A stretch of DNA of 64,000 nt from Methanomicrobiales archaeon (GCA_037137755.1 JBAXJR010000006.1:1-64000); one strand, 5' to 3'. Positions 38,228 to 49,202 are shown, numbered from the stretch's first letter. Numbers and translations: made by a program. Notes: a model not told the origin generated them from the sequence alone.

Positions 38228-39684
38228 TGGCAATCGAATTTGAAATACTTGAAGAGGATATTTTTGGCCGTATTGGGCGGTTGAAAGTCGGGGATAAAAT
38301 ACTGAAAACTCCTGCACTACTCCCTGTTGTAAATCCTCACCTGCCGTTGATAACCCCCGCCGAGATGAAATCTCTTGGTGCAGGGGCCCTGATCACCAAT
38401 GCCTACATTTTCTACCGTAGCAAGGAGTTCCGCGAGCCTGCCCTGGCACGGGGGCTCCACGATCTCCTCGGGTTTGACGGGATAATTATGACCGACTCGG
38501 GATCCTTCCAGCTCTCGGTATACGGGGATGTTGAGGTATCCAACTCCGATACGCTCCTGTTCCAGCGATCCATAGGGAGCGATATCATCGTGCCCCTGGA
38601 TATCCCAACGCACCCTGACACAAGCCGGGAACAGGCTGAAAAAGAACTGGATATTACCATGGAGCGGCTCCGTGAGGCCGGACAAATCCTCGGTCCTGGT
38701 GCCCCGCTGGCAGCCCCCATCCAGGGAGGGTCTTTTCCGGACCTCCGTGAACAGGCCGGACGCATGGCAGGGGAGATGGGTTTCACCTTCACACCGATTG
38801 GAGCGGTGGTCCCGTTAATGGAATCGTACCGGTACGAGGACCTTGTCCGGGTTGTTATGGCTGCAAAAAAAGGTATTCCCTCATCAGCGTGTGTTCACCT
38901 GTTTGGTGCAGGACACCCGGTGATGTTTGCACTGGCTGTAGCAATGGGTTGTGACCTGTTTGATTCGGCGGCATACGCGTTATACGCGAAAGAGGGGCGT
39001 TACCTCACGACGCACGGGAGTAAAAAACTGGCGGAATTATCGGAATTACCCTGCAGTTGTGAAGTGTGCAGGAGCCATTCTGCTGATGAAATGCGGCAGT
39101 CACCTGAAAAAACCCGGCTTCTTGCACGGCATAACCTGATTGTGACGCTCACGGAAATCTCCCGGATCCGCCAGGCCATTTCTGACGGTGTCCTCTGGGA
39201 ACTCGTCGACGAACGCTGCCGGAGTCACCCCCGGCTCCTCCGAGGTTACCGGATAATGCTTTCGTACGCCGGAGAACTTGCTACAAGGGACCGGATCTCA
39301 AAACGCCGCTTTTTCTACCGTGGTGACGAAAGTTGCCAGCGGACTGAGGTCCTGCGGTACCAGAAGATGATTTCAAGGTTTTCTGTCGGTCCGCGGGTCC
39401 TTGTTACATTTGACCGTATCCCCCCGGCGGGAGTGCCGGAATATGATACGGTCCTCCTGTTCAGGCCCCCGTTTGGCCCGTATCCTGTTGAATTAAAGGA
39501 AACATTTCCAATCGGGCAGTGCGAACTTCCGGAATGGGACGAACAGATGGTCGTGAACGGGTGCAGGGGGATAAAAGCATTAATCGATGCGAATCCAGGC
39601 ACCGATGTTACCGTCCGTTGTGGCCAGGAATGGGTAGGCAATGTTGGCAGGGAATTACCGGAGGTTCAGATTGAGCAGCGTTGA
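38227..39684 (+). CDS. tgtA: Archaeosine tRNA-guanine(15) transglycosylase, lacking the C-terminal PUA domain
   Basis: [27 protein letters not shown] and Zn site CSCEVC...HNL. Confidence 0.93.
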   Translation: MAIEFEILEEDIFGRIGRLKVGDKILKTPALLPVVNPHLPLITPAEMKSLGAGALITNAYIFYRSKEFREPALARGLHDLLGFDGIIMTDSGSFQLSVYGDVEVSNSDTLLFQRSIGSDIIVPLDIPTHPDTSREQAEKELDITMERLREAGQILGPGAPLAAPIQGGSFPDLREQAGRMAGEMGFTFTPIGAVVPLMESYRYEDLVRVVMAAKKGIPSSACVHLFGAGHPVMFALAVAMGCDLFDSAAYALYAKEGRYLTTHGSKKLAELSELPCSCEVCRSHSADEMRQSPEKTRLLARHNLIVTLTEISRIRQAISDGVLWELVDERCRSHPRLLRGYRIMLSYAGELATRDRISKRRFFYRGDESCQRTEVLRYQKMISRFSVGPRVLVTFDRIPPAGVPEYDTVLLFRPPFGPYPVELKETFPIGQCELPEWDEQMVVNGCRGIKALIDANPGTDVTVRCGQEWVGNVGRELPEVQIEQR

Positions 39685-41311
39685 AGTAAAACGAAGGGAC
39701 GGACTGGCCAGGTCCGGCATCTATGTGTCCGAAGGTATGAGTATTGAATTCCCCGCCGCAGTTGATCCGGGAACGATATTTCCTGATCTTAACCATGCGG
39801 CATTATCAAACATTCCTCTTTCAGCCGGGGTGGAATTCGTAGGGAACAACTGGCCTGACGGAGCGCATAACCCGGTGATGATTCACCCTCACCATACAGC
39901 CGGGCCCGTTTCCGGGGATTGTGTCATGGTACCCGGGTGGCATACCGTTCTTAATAATCCGCGGAATTATGTGAACTGGCTTACCGCGATGAAAGCCGCG
40001 GTACCCCCTGATACCCTCTGGTACGCCCCAGCCGCTGCAGTCCCTTCGAATATCCATATTCTCAGCTATTCCGGGTTAGACCTGTTTGATTTCATAGCAT
40101 GCGACCTGGCAGCAGCGCGGGGTGTCTTCCTCCTTCCCGAAGGGGAGTTTGACCTGAAATGGATGGAGGCCGGGGTATGTAATTGTGAAGGTTGCAGGTC
40201 AGCCAACCTGAAATTGCATAACCGCATTGCATTAGGAAAAGAACTTGCACTGGTGTCCCGATTTATCGGGGCGTCCCGTATAAGGGAACTTGTTGAGTCG
40301 AGGTGCAGGATGCATTCAGCCCATGTTGCCATCATGCGGCACCTCGATTCGATGTACGACCTTATGGAGCAGGTCGTACCGGTTGCGCGAGATGTCCCAT
40401 TCGGTGCGACAACGGGTGAAACCCTCAACCGTGTCGAGATCCGACGCTTCGCACGACGCGTTGTCGATCGTTACAGGCCACCTCTGGCGGATACAGCGGT
40501 GCTGTTACCGTGTTCTGCGAGGAAACCCTATTCCCAGTCCCAGAGTCACAACAAATTTACCCGTGCGATACAGGGGAGGGCCCACGAGTTGATCGTGACT
40601 TCCCCGGTAGGTCTTGTTCCGAGAGAGCTTGAACTTGTATATCCTGCCGCTCACTACGACGTCCCGGTGACAGGGTACTGGGACCGGGAAGAGAAAGCCT
40701 TCATATCCGGAGTCATTGGGGAATACCTGCAGAAAAATTGCTACCGCCGTGTCATTGCCCACCTGGATGGCGGGGCCCTCGACGTTGCAAAATCGGGTGC
40801 AGAAATTGCAGGGATCGATCTTGAATATACCTGTCCCGGTCGGAGACCTACCGATACTGCCTCCCTGTTAGCCCTCGATACTGCACTTGAAGGGTGCCGC
40901 AGGATGAAGCAGGACCTCATCAAGGGAATTTGCTCCTGGCAGTTCGGCACTGTTCCGGACATCGCAGGGCTGGTGTTAAGGGGAAGGTACCCGGCGGTAA
41001 AGTATTCACGCAACCGTGTGCAGATGTTCTCGCTCGACACCGGAACGGGGTTGATAAGACCCACATTCGAAGGGTGGAAACTCCTTGGTGAAGGGTACAG
41101 GGTACAGATATCTGATTTTGTCCCACAGGGCGACATCCTCGCGCCAGGTATCGTGAGTGCTGATCCGGCTATCCGCGAAGGGGATGAGGTGCTTGTTGTC
41201 GGGCCCCGGGTTTTGGGCACTGGCAGGGCTGCGATGGGTGCCCGTGAGATGACCCGCTCGAAACGTGGCGTTGCGGTACGGGTGCGTAAAATAAAGATGT
41301 GTTCCGACTAA
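39671..41311 (+). CDS. arcS: Archaeosine synthase subunit alpha
   Basis: [35 protein letters not shown] and a C-terminal PUA domain; probable TTG start. Confidence 0.9.
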   Translation: MSSVEVKRRDGLARSGIYVSEGMSIEFPAAVDPGTIFPDLNHAALSNIPLSAGVEFVGNNWPDGAHNPVMIHPHHTAGPVSGDCVMVPGWHTVLNNPRNYVNWLTAMKAAVPPDTLWYAPAAAVPSNIHILSYSGLDLFDFIACDLAAARGVFLLPEGEFDLKWMEAGVCNCEGCRSANLKLHNRIALGKELALVSRFIGASRIRELVESRCRMHSAHVAIMRHLDSMYDLMEQVVPVARDVPFGATTGETLNRVEIRRFARRVVDRYRPPLADTAVLLPCSARKPYSQSQSHNKFTRAIQGRAHELIVTSPVGLVPRELELVYPAAHYDVPVTGYWDREEKAFISGVIGEYLQKNCYRRVIAHLDGGALDVAKSGAEIAGIDLEYTCPGRRPTDTASLLALDTALEGCRRMKQDLIKGICSWQFGTVPDIAGLVLRGRYPAVKYSRNRVQMFSLDTGTGLIRPTFEGWKLLGEGYRVQISDFVPQGDILAPGIVSADPAIREGDEVLVVGPRVLGTGRAAMGAREMTRSKRGVAVRVRKIKMCSD

Positions 41312-41371
41312 TAAGTACGATACTCGGAGACCGGGATGATTGTTCCGGCAGTACCAGAAGGTGTAATATCG

Positions 41372-42211
41372 TTGTACAGGGTTTTAAAGGCGACACAACT
41401 TGCTGAACGGGTCAACCAGATGTGGGTATTTGCCCCGCATGTGGCCCACCACGCAAAAGCCGGCCAGTTTTTAATTGTCAGGGTTAATGAGTCCGGGGAG
41501 CGGATCCCCCTGACTATTTCTGCCGTTGACGGAGATACGGTAAGGATAATTTTCATGACCGTGGGTAAGACCACTGAACTTCTTGCATCTCTCCGGCAGG
41601 GGGACATGATCCGGGATATTGCCGGCCCTCTTGGCCGCCCGAGTGAAGTATCGAAGTACGGTACCTGTGTAGTCATCGGGGGTGGTGTCGGTATCGCCAG
41701 TGCCCCGATTATTGCGAAAGCTGCCAAAGCCGCTGGAAATTATGTTATTGGGATCATTGGGGCGAGAAATGCAGGTCTCCTTATCTTAGAGGACGAGATG
41801 AGGAAAAGTTGCGATGAGCTTTTTATCACGACTGATGATGGCAGTAAGGGGATCCATGGGTTTGCAGCAGATGTGCTGAAGGCAGAGCTTGAAAAACGTT
41901 CAATCGACTGTGTATGGATTATCGGTCCGGCGATAATGATGAAGGTCACCTCAGGGATTACGCGGCCCTACAAGGTGAAAACGTTCGTTTCATTGAACCC
42001 GATCATGGTGGACGGTACTGGTATGTGCGGGTCATGCCGCGTCCAGGTTGGGGGGGTAACCCGGTTTGCCTGCGTGGACGGGCCGGAGTTTGATGCCCAT
42101 CTTGTTGATTTTGACCTTCTGATGCAGCGGCAGCGGACATACCAGCCCGAAGAACGTGAGGCGCTGGAATATCATCATGAACACTCCTGTAACTGCAAAG
42201 GGGGGACATGA
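41372..42211 (+). CDS. nfnA: NfnA/SudB-type FAD/[2Fe-2S] oxidoreductase subunit
   Basis: ERIPLTI, GPLG, GGGVG and VDGTGMCGSC...CVDGPEF motifs; probable TTG start. Confidence 0.85.
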   Translation: MYRVLKATQLAERVNQMWVFAPHVAHHAKAGQFLIVRVNESGERIPLTISAVDGDTVRIIFMTVGKTTELLASLRQGDMIRDIAGPLGRPSEVSKYGTCVVIGGGVGIASAPIIAKAAKAAGNYVIGIIGARNAGLLILEDEMRKSCDELFITTDDGSKGIHGFAADVLKAELEKRSIDCVWIIGPAIMMKVTSGITRPYKVKTFVSLNPIMVDGTGMCGSCRVQVGGVTRFACVDGPEFDAHLVDFDLLMQRQRTYQPEEREALEYHHEHSCNCKGGT

Positions 42212-43557
42212 TCATGGAAGACCGTCCGGCCGGGCAGAGAGTACATGATTTCTTTGAGGTTTCACCTGGCCTGTCACCGGATGAAGCCATGCTGGAAGCA
42301 GAAAGGTGCCTGCAGTGCAAGAAGCCGAAATGCGTGAACGGGTGTCCGGTTTGCATCGACATCCCCGCGTTTATCGCAGAGATAGCCCTTGGAAATTTCC
42401 GGAACGCTGCAGTGATTATCAAGGCTGAAAATATGCTCCCTGCTGTCTGCGGCCGTGTCTGTCCACAGGAGACACAATGTGAAGGGCAATGTGTGCTGTC
42501 CGGCAAGGAGAAGCCCATCACGATTGGGTCGCTTGAACGGTTTATTGCAGACTGGGAGCGTGCTCATGGTACAAGCGTGCCGGAAAAACAGGCATCTACC
42601 GGCCACCATGTTGCCGTGGTAGGTTCTGGTCCTGCCGGTTTGACCGCGGCAGCAGAACTGTCCCGGCTCGGGCATAAGGTCACCCTGTTTGAGTCCCTGC
42701 ATGAAGCCGGGGGTGTCCTGATGTACGGGATCCCTGAATTCCGGCTGCCGAAGGAGATTGTGAGGGCAGAAGTGGAACAGGTGCTTGCGATGGGTGTCGA
42801 AATCCGGCTCAACCATCTTGCAGGACGGAGTATAACAGTCCCGGAACTGCAGAAATTTGATGCAGTGTTTCTTGCTACCGGCGCTGGTCTTCCCAACTTC
42901 ATGGGTATTCCCGGGGAACAACTTAACGGGGTCTATTCAGCAAATGAATTTCTGACACGGGTGAATTTTATGCATGCTGACCAGTTCCCTGCTTTCGATA
43001 CCCCGGTAAAAAGGGGCAGTCGCGTAGTGGTTGCAGGTGGCGGGAATGTCGCAATGGATGCGGCTAGGGTGGCCAGGCGTCTAGGTGCCAGGGTAACGCT
43101 TGTATATCGTCGCCGCGAGGAGGACCTTCCGGCAAGAATTGACGAGGTAATCCATGCCAAAGAAGAAGGCGTTGAGATCCTTGCCTGTGCAAATCCTGTC
43201 CGTATTACTGGGGAATCGTGTGTAACCGGCGTCGAATGCGTACAGATGGAGATGTGCGCGCTGGATGAAACCGGGAGGCCATCGGCCCGTCCGGTGGACG
43301 GATCGATCTTCACTATCGATGCAGACATGTTCATCGAGGCAATCGGCCAGGGGCCAAACCCGCTCCTGATTTCTGAAATAAAGGGTCTGAAGCGGGAAAA
43401 TAAGGGGAATGTCGTTGTGGACGGAGACGGAAAGACGACTATCCCCCGTATCTTCGCAGCAGGGGATGTGGCAACAGGTGCGGCAACTGTAATTCTGGCG
43501 ATGGGTACTGCTAAAACGGCGGCCAGGGCAATAGACCGGATGTTACGGGAAGATTAA
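42208..43557 (+). CDS. nfnB: NfnB/SudA-type (GltD-like) flavoprotein with two 4Fe-4S clusters
   Basis: RCLQC...C...CP, CGRVCPQETQCEGQC, GSGPAG, GGGNVAMD and YRR motifs; overlaps the nfnA stop. Confidence 0.85.
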   Translation: MIMEDRPAGQRVHDFFEVSPGLSPDEAMLEAERCLQCKKPKCVNGCPVCIDIPAFIAEIALGNFRNAAVIIKAENMLPAVCGRVCPQETQCEGQCVLSGKEKPITIGSLERFIADWERAHGTSVPEKQASTGHHVAVVGSGPAGLTAAAELSRLGHKVTLFESLHEAGGVLMYGIPEFRLPKEIVRAEVEQVLAMGVEIRLNHLAGRSITVPELQKFDAVFLATGAGLPNFMGIPGEQLNGVYSANEFLTRVNFMHADQFPAFDTPVKRGSRVVVAGGGNVAMDAARVARRLGARVTLVYRRREEDLPARIDEVIHAKEEGVEILACANPVRITGESCVTGVECVQMEMCALDETGRPSARPVDGSIFTIDADMFIEAIGQGPNPLLISEIKGLKRENKGNVVVDGDGKTTIPRIFAAGDVATGAATVILAMGTAKTAARAIDRMLRED

Positions 43558-43744
43558 GAACCTTTAAATTTTTCCGGTCTTTTATCAACCCCTTCTCAAA
43601 AAGAAAACGTGAATCAAACCGTAATTGCCTTTTCCGGGGAATTTCGCATTTTCATTGGTGCGGGTTATATCGAACCTGTTTTAAGCCGGATATGAAGACG
43701 ATAATTTTTTTTTTTTTAAATTCGATTGTATTAAATATGTGATA

Positions 43745-44923
43745 TCAGTCATAATCCGTCTTGAAATTCCTGATTATACCTTCAAAGATCCCGGTAGCTT
43801 TCCCCAGTGCTTCAACGGAAACTCTTTCGTTCACCGCATGGAGGGATGTAATTTCCCCCGGTCCATATTCAACAACCCGAAACCCCTCGGTCCGGAGATA
43901 CCTCGCATCACTCGCTGCCCACATGACAATCGGCTGGGCGGGTAATCCATAAGCACGTGAGATCTCCTGGCAGGTGACTTCGACGAGTCTGCAATCAGGG
44001 CTGGTCATCGAGGGGTCGCTGATACTTACCTGCTCGATGGATGCCCCCGGTGAATGCCTGGCAATATCAGTGATAAGATCGGGGATTGAGCACCCCCACG
44101 GGACCCTGATATCAAGCTGAAGGTCACAATGCTGGGCGACGATATTGGCTTTCTCTCCCCCTTCGATCCTGCCCGGGTTGAACATGACCCGTCGCAATAC
44201 ATGTTTTGCTTCATCGATGGCCAGGATATCACGGAGGACTGTGGAAGACTGCTCAATTATGACGTCCACCTCACCCCCCACGTGATATTCATGCCGGTGA
44301 ATTTTACGTAAATACTCGAGGGTCTGGTACGCCTCCATCACGGCACTGACACCGCGGGTCGGGTATAGTGAACCATGGCCTGGCTCTCCACGGAAATGCA
44401 AATCAATTCTGCATAGCCCTTTTTCCCCGATATTCGGGTTAAGCTCCGGGCATGGTTCTGCGATAATAACGTCGCAGGGGCGGAGGAGATCCTTGGAAAG
44501 AACACACCTGATCCCGTAGGTGCCGCTCGTTTCTTCATCACACACGAAAAGGAAGTCCGCATCAGGTTCAATTCCCTTGTCGAGGAGGCGTTGGTACGAA
44601 GACAGGAGTGCCGCACATCCACCTTTCATATCCGTGGAACCTCTCCCGTAGAGGTATCCCTCATCTATCTCCCCTGAGAACGGCGGGTGACCCCAACCCT
44701 CAGCCATCGCCGGTACCACGTCAACATGGCCACAGAGAAGCAGGTGATGGTTCAGGTGTTTGCTTATAAGGTTGTCCCGGCCTCCACGGTTCCTGATTAT
44801 ATCTGTACGGACACCGAGGCTGTCAAGAAATCCCTTGATGTAATGAATTACTTCCTCGGTATTTCCTGGTGGGTTTTCACTTTTGATCTTCACCAGTTCC
44901 CTGGTGAGGTGCACAACATCCAT
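43745..44923 (-). CDS. M20 family metallopeptidase (ArgE/DapE-like)
   Basis: GHVDVV, GRGSTDMKGG, DEE, AEP and LHAVNE motifs. Confidence 0.9.
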   Translation of the reverse strand: MDVVHLTRELVKIKSENPPGNTEEVIHYIKGFLDSLGVRTDIIRNRGGRDNLISKHLNHHLLLCGHVDVVPAMAEGWGHPPFSGEIDEGYLYGRGSTDMKGGCAALLSSYQRLLDKGIEPDADFLFVCDEETSGTYGIRCVLSKDLLRPCDVIIAEPCPELNPNIGEKGLCRIDLHFRGEPGHGSLYPTRGVSAVMEAYQTLEYLRKIHRHEYHVGGEVDVIIEQSSTVLRDILAIDEAKHVLRRVMFNPGRIEGGEKANIVAQHCDLQLDIRVPWGCSIPDLITDIARHSPGASIEQVSISDPSMTSPDCRLVEVTCQEISRAYGLPAQPIVMWAASDARYLRTEGFRVVEYGPGEITSLHAVNERVSVEALGKATGIFEGIIRNFKTDYD

Positions 44924-44924
44924 G

Positions 44925-45443
44925 TCATTTCCCGGTGGTGATGGTGTCCCGTTTAAATTCTTCAAAGAGCACGCTGAGCGAGGCATCGCTGTAAATGCTC
45001 TTTAAAAAGTCATTATTAAAAAATTCATCGACAGCCTTCGCAAAGAATGCGGCAGGCAGCGGACTGGTCTGGTCAGGGTCGATAACAATCCGGAAACTCC
45101 GGTAATCCGCCCTGGTTTCACGGTCATAGATTACCTGCCAGAGAAAAGGAAGCCGGTCAAACCTTTCGGGGTGAAATTCTTTTAACCAGTTGATGAAGCT
45201 CCTGAAATGGGCCCGGTCACCTTTCTTTTCTTCGTCTATCCTCCAGCGAAGGTATTCTCCTGACATGACATTCCTGGGTGACGTATAGGTATAGGTCAGG
45301 AGGCCGAGGGTATAGTCGATATGGGCCAGGGCATCAATAAAATAAAATTTCAGGACCGGGTGGAACATTGCGGTATCATGAAGGACCAGGCTCTTATTGT
45401 AGAGGTATTCCATGATATTTGCATATTCTTTTACATCACTCAT
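44925..45443 (-). CDS. Hypothetical protein
   Basis: 172-aa ORF tightly coupled to the M20 gene; no recognised motif. Confidence 0.7.
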   Translation of the reverse strand: MSDVKEYANIMEYLYNKSLVLHDTAMFHPVLKFYFIDALAHIDYTLGLLTYTYTSPRNVMSGEYLRWRIDEEKKGDRAHFRSFINWLKEFHPERFDRLPFLWQVIYDRETRADYRSFRIVIDPDQTSPLPAAFFAKAVDEFFNNDFLKSIYSDASLSVLFEEFKRDTITTGK

Positions 45444-45554
45444 ACGCTTGCTATTAGCCCGTGAAATCGTATAAAAATTCCGGATATTCCCTTGCAGACT
45501 GGATTAACTGCAGGTACCCTGCAGGCAGAATGCCCCCTTGTGCGGGTATATCCC

Positions 45555-46433
45555 TCACTGATAAAAAGGGGCCCGCCTTTTAACTGCCTCTATGAAGGCA
45601 TTCTCCAGGTCGATCCCTGTTTTACCCCTGATATTGACATGGTTGTCAGCCCTCAGGAGGCATGGTTTGAGGTTCCCGTCCGATGTGACTCGCAACCTGT
45701 TGCAGAATGCGCAGAATTCGGTATTGTGGAGGGGCCTTACCACTTCAATCTCTGCCCCGTCCAGGCAGTATTTTTTCCGGTGATGCATTCTGCGGGTCAG
45801 GATAACTTTTGATCTGCCGGCCAGGTCCTCTTCCAGGGCTGCCAGATCAGAATGACATTCGCAACCCCCGAGGCTCATAAGTTCTATCAACTGGAGGATC
45901 AGGTTGCGGTTGTTCCGGATATACGCGTAAAAATCCTCAAGCTCGTGATCATTGATCCCCCGGAGCATGACCATGTTTAATTTGACAGGGGTGAGACCTG
46001 CCTCGAGTGCGGCATCAATACCGGACAATACATCCGACAACCTGTCACTGCCGGTGATTTTTTTATAGGTCTCCGGGTTCAGACTGTCAAGTGAAATATT
46101 TACCCGTGACATACCTGCATCTTTTAATTCCCCTGCATGATCCGCCAGGAGAATCCCGTTCGTCGTAATAGAACTCTCCATTGAATCCGGTACCAGCCGC
46201 ACGATATCAACAAGGTCTTCCCGTAATAATGGTTCCCCACCCGTGAATTTTACACTTCTGATATCAAATTTTGCAGCGGTTGAAAGGACATCGCCAATTT
46301 CCCTAGTACTAAGCGGCTGCTGTGGTGCCTGCTCCCCCTCCCGGTGGCAATAGATGCAGGAAAGGTTGCATTCCGGGGTCACACTAACGCGAAGGTTGCT
46401 GACCGGCCTGTTATATGGGTCCTTCAGTTTCAT
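45555..46433 (-). CDS. moaA: GTP 3',8-cyclase
   Basis: CNLSCIYC, TGGEP, NISLDSL and FCAFCNRLR...KPCL motifs. Confidence 0.93.
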   Translation of the reverse strand: MKLKDPYNRPVSNLRVSVTPECNLSCIYCHREGEQAPQQPLSTREIGDVLSTAAKFDIRSVKFTGGEPLLREDLVDIVRLVPDSMESSITTNGILLADHAGELKDAGMSRVNISLDSLNPETYKKITGSDRLSDVLSGIDAALEAGLTPVKLNMVMLRGINDHELEDFYAYIRNNRNLILQLIELMSLGGCECHSDLAALEEDLAGRSKVILTRRMHHRKKYCLDGAEIEVVRPLHNTEFCAFCNRLRVTSDGNLKPCLLRADNHVNIRGKTGIDLENAFIEAVKRRAPFYQ

Positions 46434-47049
46434 TTGAGCCGTTATTCAGGGTTTCGCTGTTCCATTCGCGTCCAATAAAGTTTTTTGCCACGATATAGAT
46501 CTCAGTACTGCCTTTTCGTGAGGATTTGGGACGGAACGTCCTCACAGAGAGAAAATGATCCCGCACCTGGTAGAGGAGGGTGTTAAAGTCCTGTCCCTGG
46601 AATGACTTGACAACAAAATTACCGCCAGGTTTTAAGATCTTTTCTGCGAATAAAAGAGCGTGCTCTCCGAGCTCAATGGCCCGCGCCTGGTCGTATGTTT
46701 TCTGGCCTGACAATTTTGGTGAGGCATCGGACAACACAACGCTTGTAAATGGCAGGTATGGCCTTATTTCTTCAATTATATTAGGGTTCGTAAAATCCCC
46801 GGTAAATGTCATGACATTTTCTATCGGTGGGACGTACGAGAGATCAATACCCACAACAATCCCATCCGTGAGTTCACGTTCTACCTGGAGCCAGCTTCCT
46901 GGTGATGCCCCAAGGTCTACGACATTGTCTGTCTCCCGGATAATGTGATACTTCTCCTGTATCTCCCGTAATTTGTACGCTGCACGGGAGCGGTAACCCT
47001 CTTTTAATGCCCGCACATAGACCTTGTCCCTTCCCCATTGTGAACCCAT
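46411..47049 (-). CDS. rlmE: 23S rRNA 2'-O-methyltransferase
   Basis: YRSRAAYKL, DLGASPGSW, SDASP and SSRKGSTE motifs. Confidence 0.93.
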   Translation of the reverse strand: MGSQWGRDKVYVRALKEGYRSRAAYKLREIQEKYHIIRETDNVVDLGASPGSWLQVERELTDGIVVGIDLSYVPPIENVMTFTGDFTNPNIIEEIRPYLPFTSVVLSDASPKLSGQKTYDQARAIELGEHALLFAEKILKPGGNFVVKSFQGQDFNTLLYQVRDHFLSVRTFRPKSSRKGSTEIYIVAKNFIGREWNSETLNNGSNETEGPI

Positions 47050-47146
47050 AGTGCCCGTCCATGCCTGCCCTCTTTAAGGGCTTAAAACTAAATCAGATAT
47101 TATTAAAAATATGAGCGATAGTTTATATTAGTGATATTCGGGGTGC

Positions 47147-47893
47147 GTGATGTTAAAAGCAACGATTGATGCAGATGTCCTAAAAGAATCTATAGATGCC
47201 ATCTCGGCACTGGTTACCGAGTGCAGGCTCCATACTGATGAGAATGGGATCAGCACACGCGCGGTTGATACAGCAAACGTCGCAATGATCTCCTTACTTC
47301 TGAAAAAAGAAGCATTTTCATCGTTTGCAGCGACAAGGAGCGAGCTTGGGATCGATATTGCCAAGATGAAAAATATTTTCGGGATGATGGCCAAGAACGA
47401 TCTGATTACCCTCGAACTGACCGATGATATCCATAAGTTGAAGGTCAGTTTCCAGGGGTACAAATATTCTATTACCCTCCTCGATGAGAATACAATACGA
47501 AAAGACCCGAATCCTCCAACGATAGAACTTCCAGGAAAGGTCGCAATCCCGGGAGCTGATCTCAATTCAGCAATTAAGGCTGCGGCAGTTGTTTCCGATA
47601 AGCTGGCGCTCGGCATCGATGCTGCGAAACAGATCTTCTTCATGGCAGCTGAGGGGGACACGGATCACATCAGGCGTGAATTCGGAAAAGATGAAGTCAG
47701 CTTCATTAACGGTGTGGAAGCCAAATCTCTCTTTTCTCTGGATTATTTAAAAGATATGGGGAAAGTTATGAGCCGTGCAGACGAAGTTGAGATCCACCTT
47801 GGAGTCGATCATCCTGTCAAGTTCTCCTTCAATATCGCGGGTGGTAACGGTCATGTCGAGTACCTCCTCGCACCACGGATTGAGGCCGACTAA
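47147..47893 (+). CDS. pcn: DNA polymerase sliding clamp (PCNA)
   Basis: AVDTANVAM, FSLDYL and C-terminal YLLAPRIE. Confidence 0.96.
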   Translation: MMLKATIDADVLKESIDAISALVTECRLHTDENGISTRAVDTANVAMISLLLKKEAFSSFAATRSELGIDIAKMKNIFGMMAKNDLITLELTDDIHKLKVSFQGYKYSITLLDENTIRKDPNPPTIELPGKVAIPGADLNSAIKAAAVVSDKLALGIDAAKQIFFMAAEGDTDHIRREFGKDEVSFINGVEAKSLFSLDYLKDMGKVMSRADEVEIHLGVDHPVKFSFNIAGGNGHVEYLLAPRIEAD

Positions 47894-49060
47894 ATGCGGG
47901 TCCGAATCGATGAAAAAGATTTTATTAACTATCCATTTTTAAAAGAGTCACAAAATTTTGTGAGTAGTTACGCGGGTTCTCCCGAACACTTTCTTGGTAC
48001 CTCTATGGGGAATGTTGCCCTTACCCAGGCAAAAGACCGAATTCTCTCTGCTATTTCCGGAAGGTCTGGCCAAAAGCCTGCTGCTCTTCCGGCATTTCCA
48101 ACAGATAGTGAAGGTATCAAAGTGGTAGTTTCCGGTTATGCTCTTGCCCGGGTGATCATCTCCTGCATGAAAGACCGGATGATTATTGATCGCTTCACCC
48201 GCAACGAGGCTCAAAAAGCTTACGAGTGCCTCATTGACGAGGAGCCTGGGAAAAAATTATTTATCGCAACAAGTCTTGGATTAGATATAGGCACTGATGA
48301 AGTGCCACTTGTACCCTATGTTGAACTATCGGCAGGGATGCGGGAAGAACGCTGGAGACTTGTGAACCGGGATATTGACAACGGGATGGTGAAGATAAAA
48401 AAAAATGAGACAGACGAGATACTGCGTGAATCTATCCGGGTTACTATCAGCAGGAATCTCCCGCTACCAATCCCCGCAGGAATCTGTGAGGTACTTGCAC
48501 CTGTCGTAAAAGAAATCAGCGCTGCTGAACAACAACACCTGCTGGAACAGTTTGGGTCTGTGGAAGAGCCCTGTTTTCCCCCGTGCATGCAGGCCTTGAT
48601 TACGGCCCTTTCTGCCGGAACAAATATCTCGCACCCCGGACGGTTCGCACTTACGGCGTTTCTTCACAATATCGGCATGAACTCTTCTGATATTATCGGC
48701 CTTTATTGCAGGGCCCCGGATTTCGATCTCAGCCGGACTATGTACCAGGTTGAGCATATTTCCGGGCGGGGTGGAACAGAATATACTGCACCCTCCTGTG
48801 CGGCCATGAGGACGACTGGTGTCTGTGTGAAAAAGGACCTGCTTTGTGAACGCATAAGTCATCCGTTGAATTATTACAAGCAAAAGAAGAGAAGAGACCG
48901 GAAACCTGCTCCTGTTTTATCAGGTGATATGCTTGTTGATCGTAACCCCGGCGGCGCTCATCGCGAGAAGGAAGCAGGCAATAGCGAGAATATACGCGAT
49001 TCCCGCGGGCATCAGCAGGGGGAGCATGATCAGGAGTACAATAAAAAAAACCAGGCCTGA
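47894..49060 (+). CDS. priL: DNA primase large subunit
   Basis: YPFL, FPPCM, HPGRF, YQVEHI, PSC...C...C...HPLNYY; low-complexity C-terminal tail. Confidence 0.92.
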   Translation: MRVRIDEKDFINYPFLKESQNFVSSYAGSPEHFLGTSMGNVALTQAKDRILSAISGRSGQKPAALPAFPTDSEGIKVVVSGYALARVIISCMKDRMIIDRFTRNEAQKAYECLIDEEPGKKLFIATSLGLDIGTDEVPLVPYVELSAGMREERWRLVNRDIDNGMVKIKKNETDEILRESIRVTISRNLPLPIPAGICEVLAPVVKEISAAEQQHLLEQFGSVEEPCFPPCMQALITALSAGTNISHPGRFALTAFLHNIGMNSSDIIGLYCRAPDFDLSRTMYQVEHISGRGGTEYTAPSCAAMRTTGVCVKKDLLCERISHPLNYYKQKKRRDRKPAPVLSGDMLVDRNPGGAHREKEAGNSENIRDSRGHQQGEHDQEYNKKNQA

Positions 49061-49096
49061 TAAGCCCACGAGTATATCAAGAAGTCTTAAGTCCAT
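48920..49096 (-). CDS. Small two-TM membrane protein (58 aa), absent from the ORF track
   Basis: Translated by hand: MDLRLLDILVGLSGLVFFIVLLIMLPLLMPAGIAYILAIACFLLAMSAAGVTINKHIT*. Confidence 0.65.
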   Translation of the reverse strand: MDLRLLDILVGLSGLVFFIVLLIMLPLLMPAGIAYILAIACFLLAMSAAGVTINKHIT

Positions 49097-49202
49097 ATAT
49101 GATATTCAACCGGGCGTCCTATATCTTTAACCATGGACTCTTGGTATGCATCATGGATTTGGTGGTATCCTGCCGGTTGACAGGGTGCAAGGGGGTTGAA
49201 AT

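Noticed and set aside
42208-43557. Annotation as glutamate synthase
   Set aside because: No large subunit is present, and coupling to an NfnA-type gene favours NfnB/SudA.
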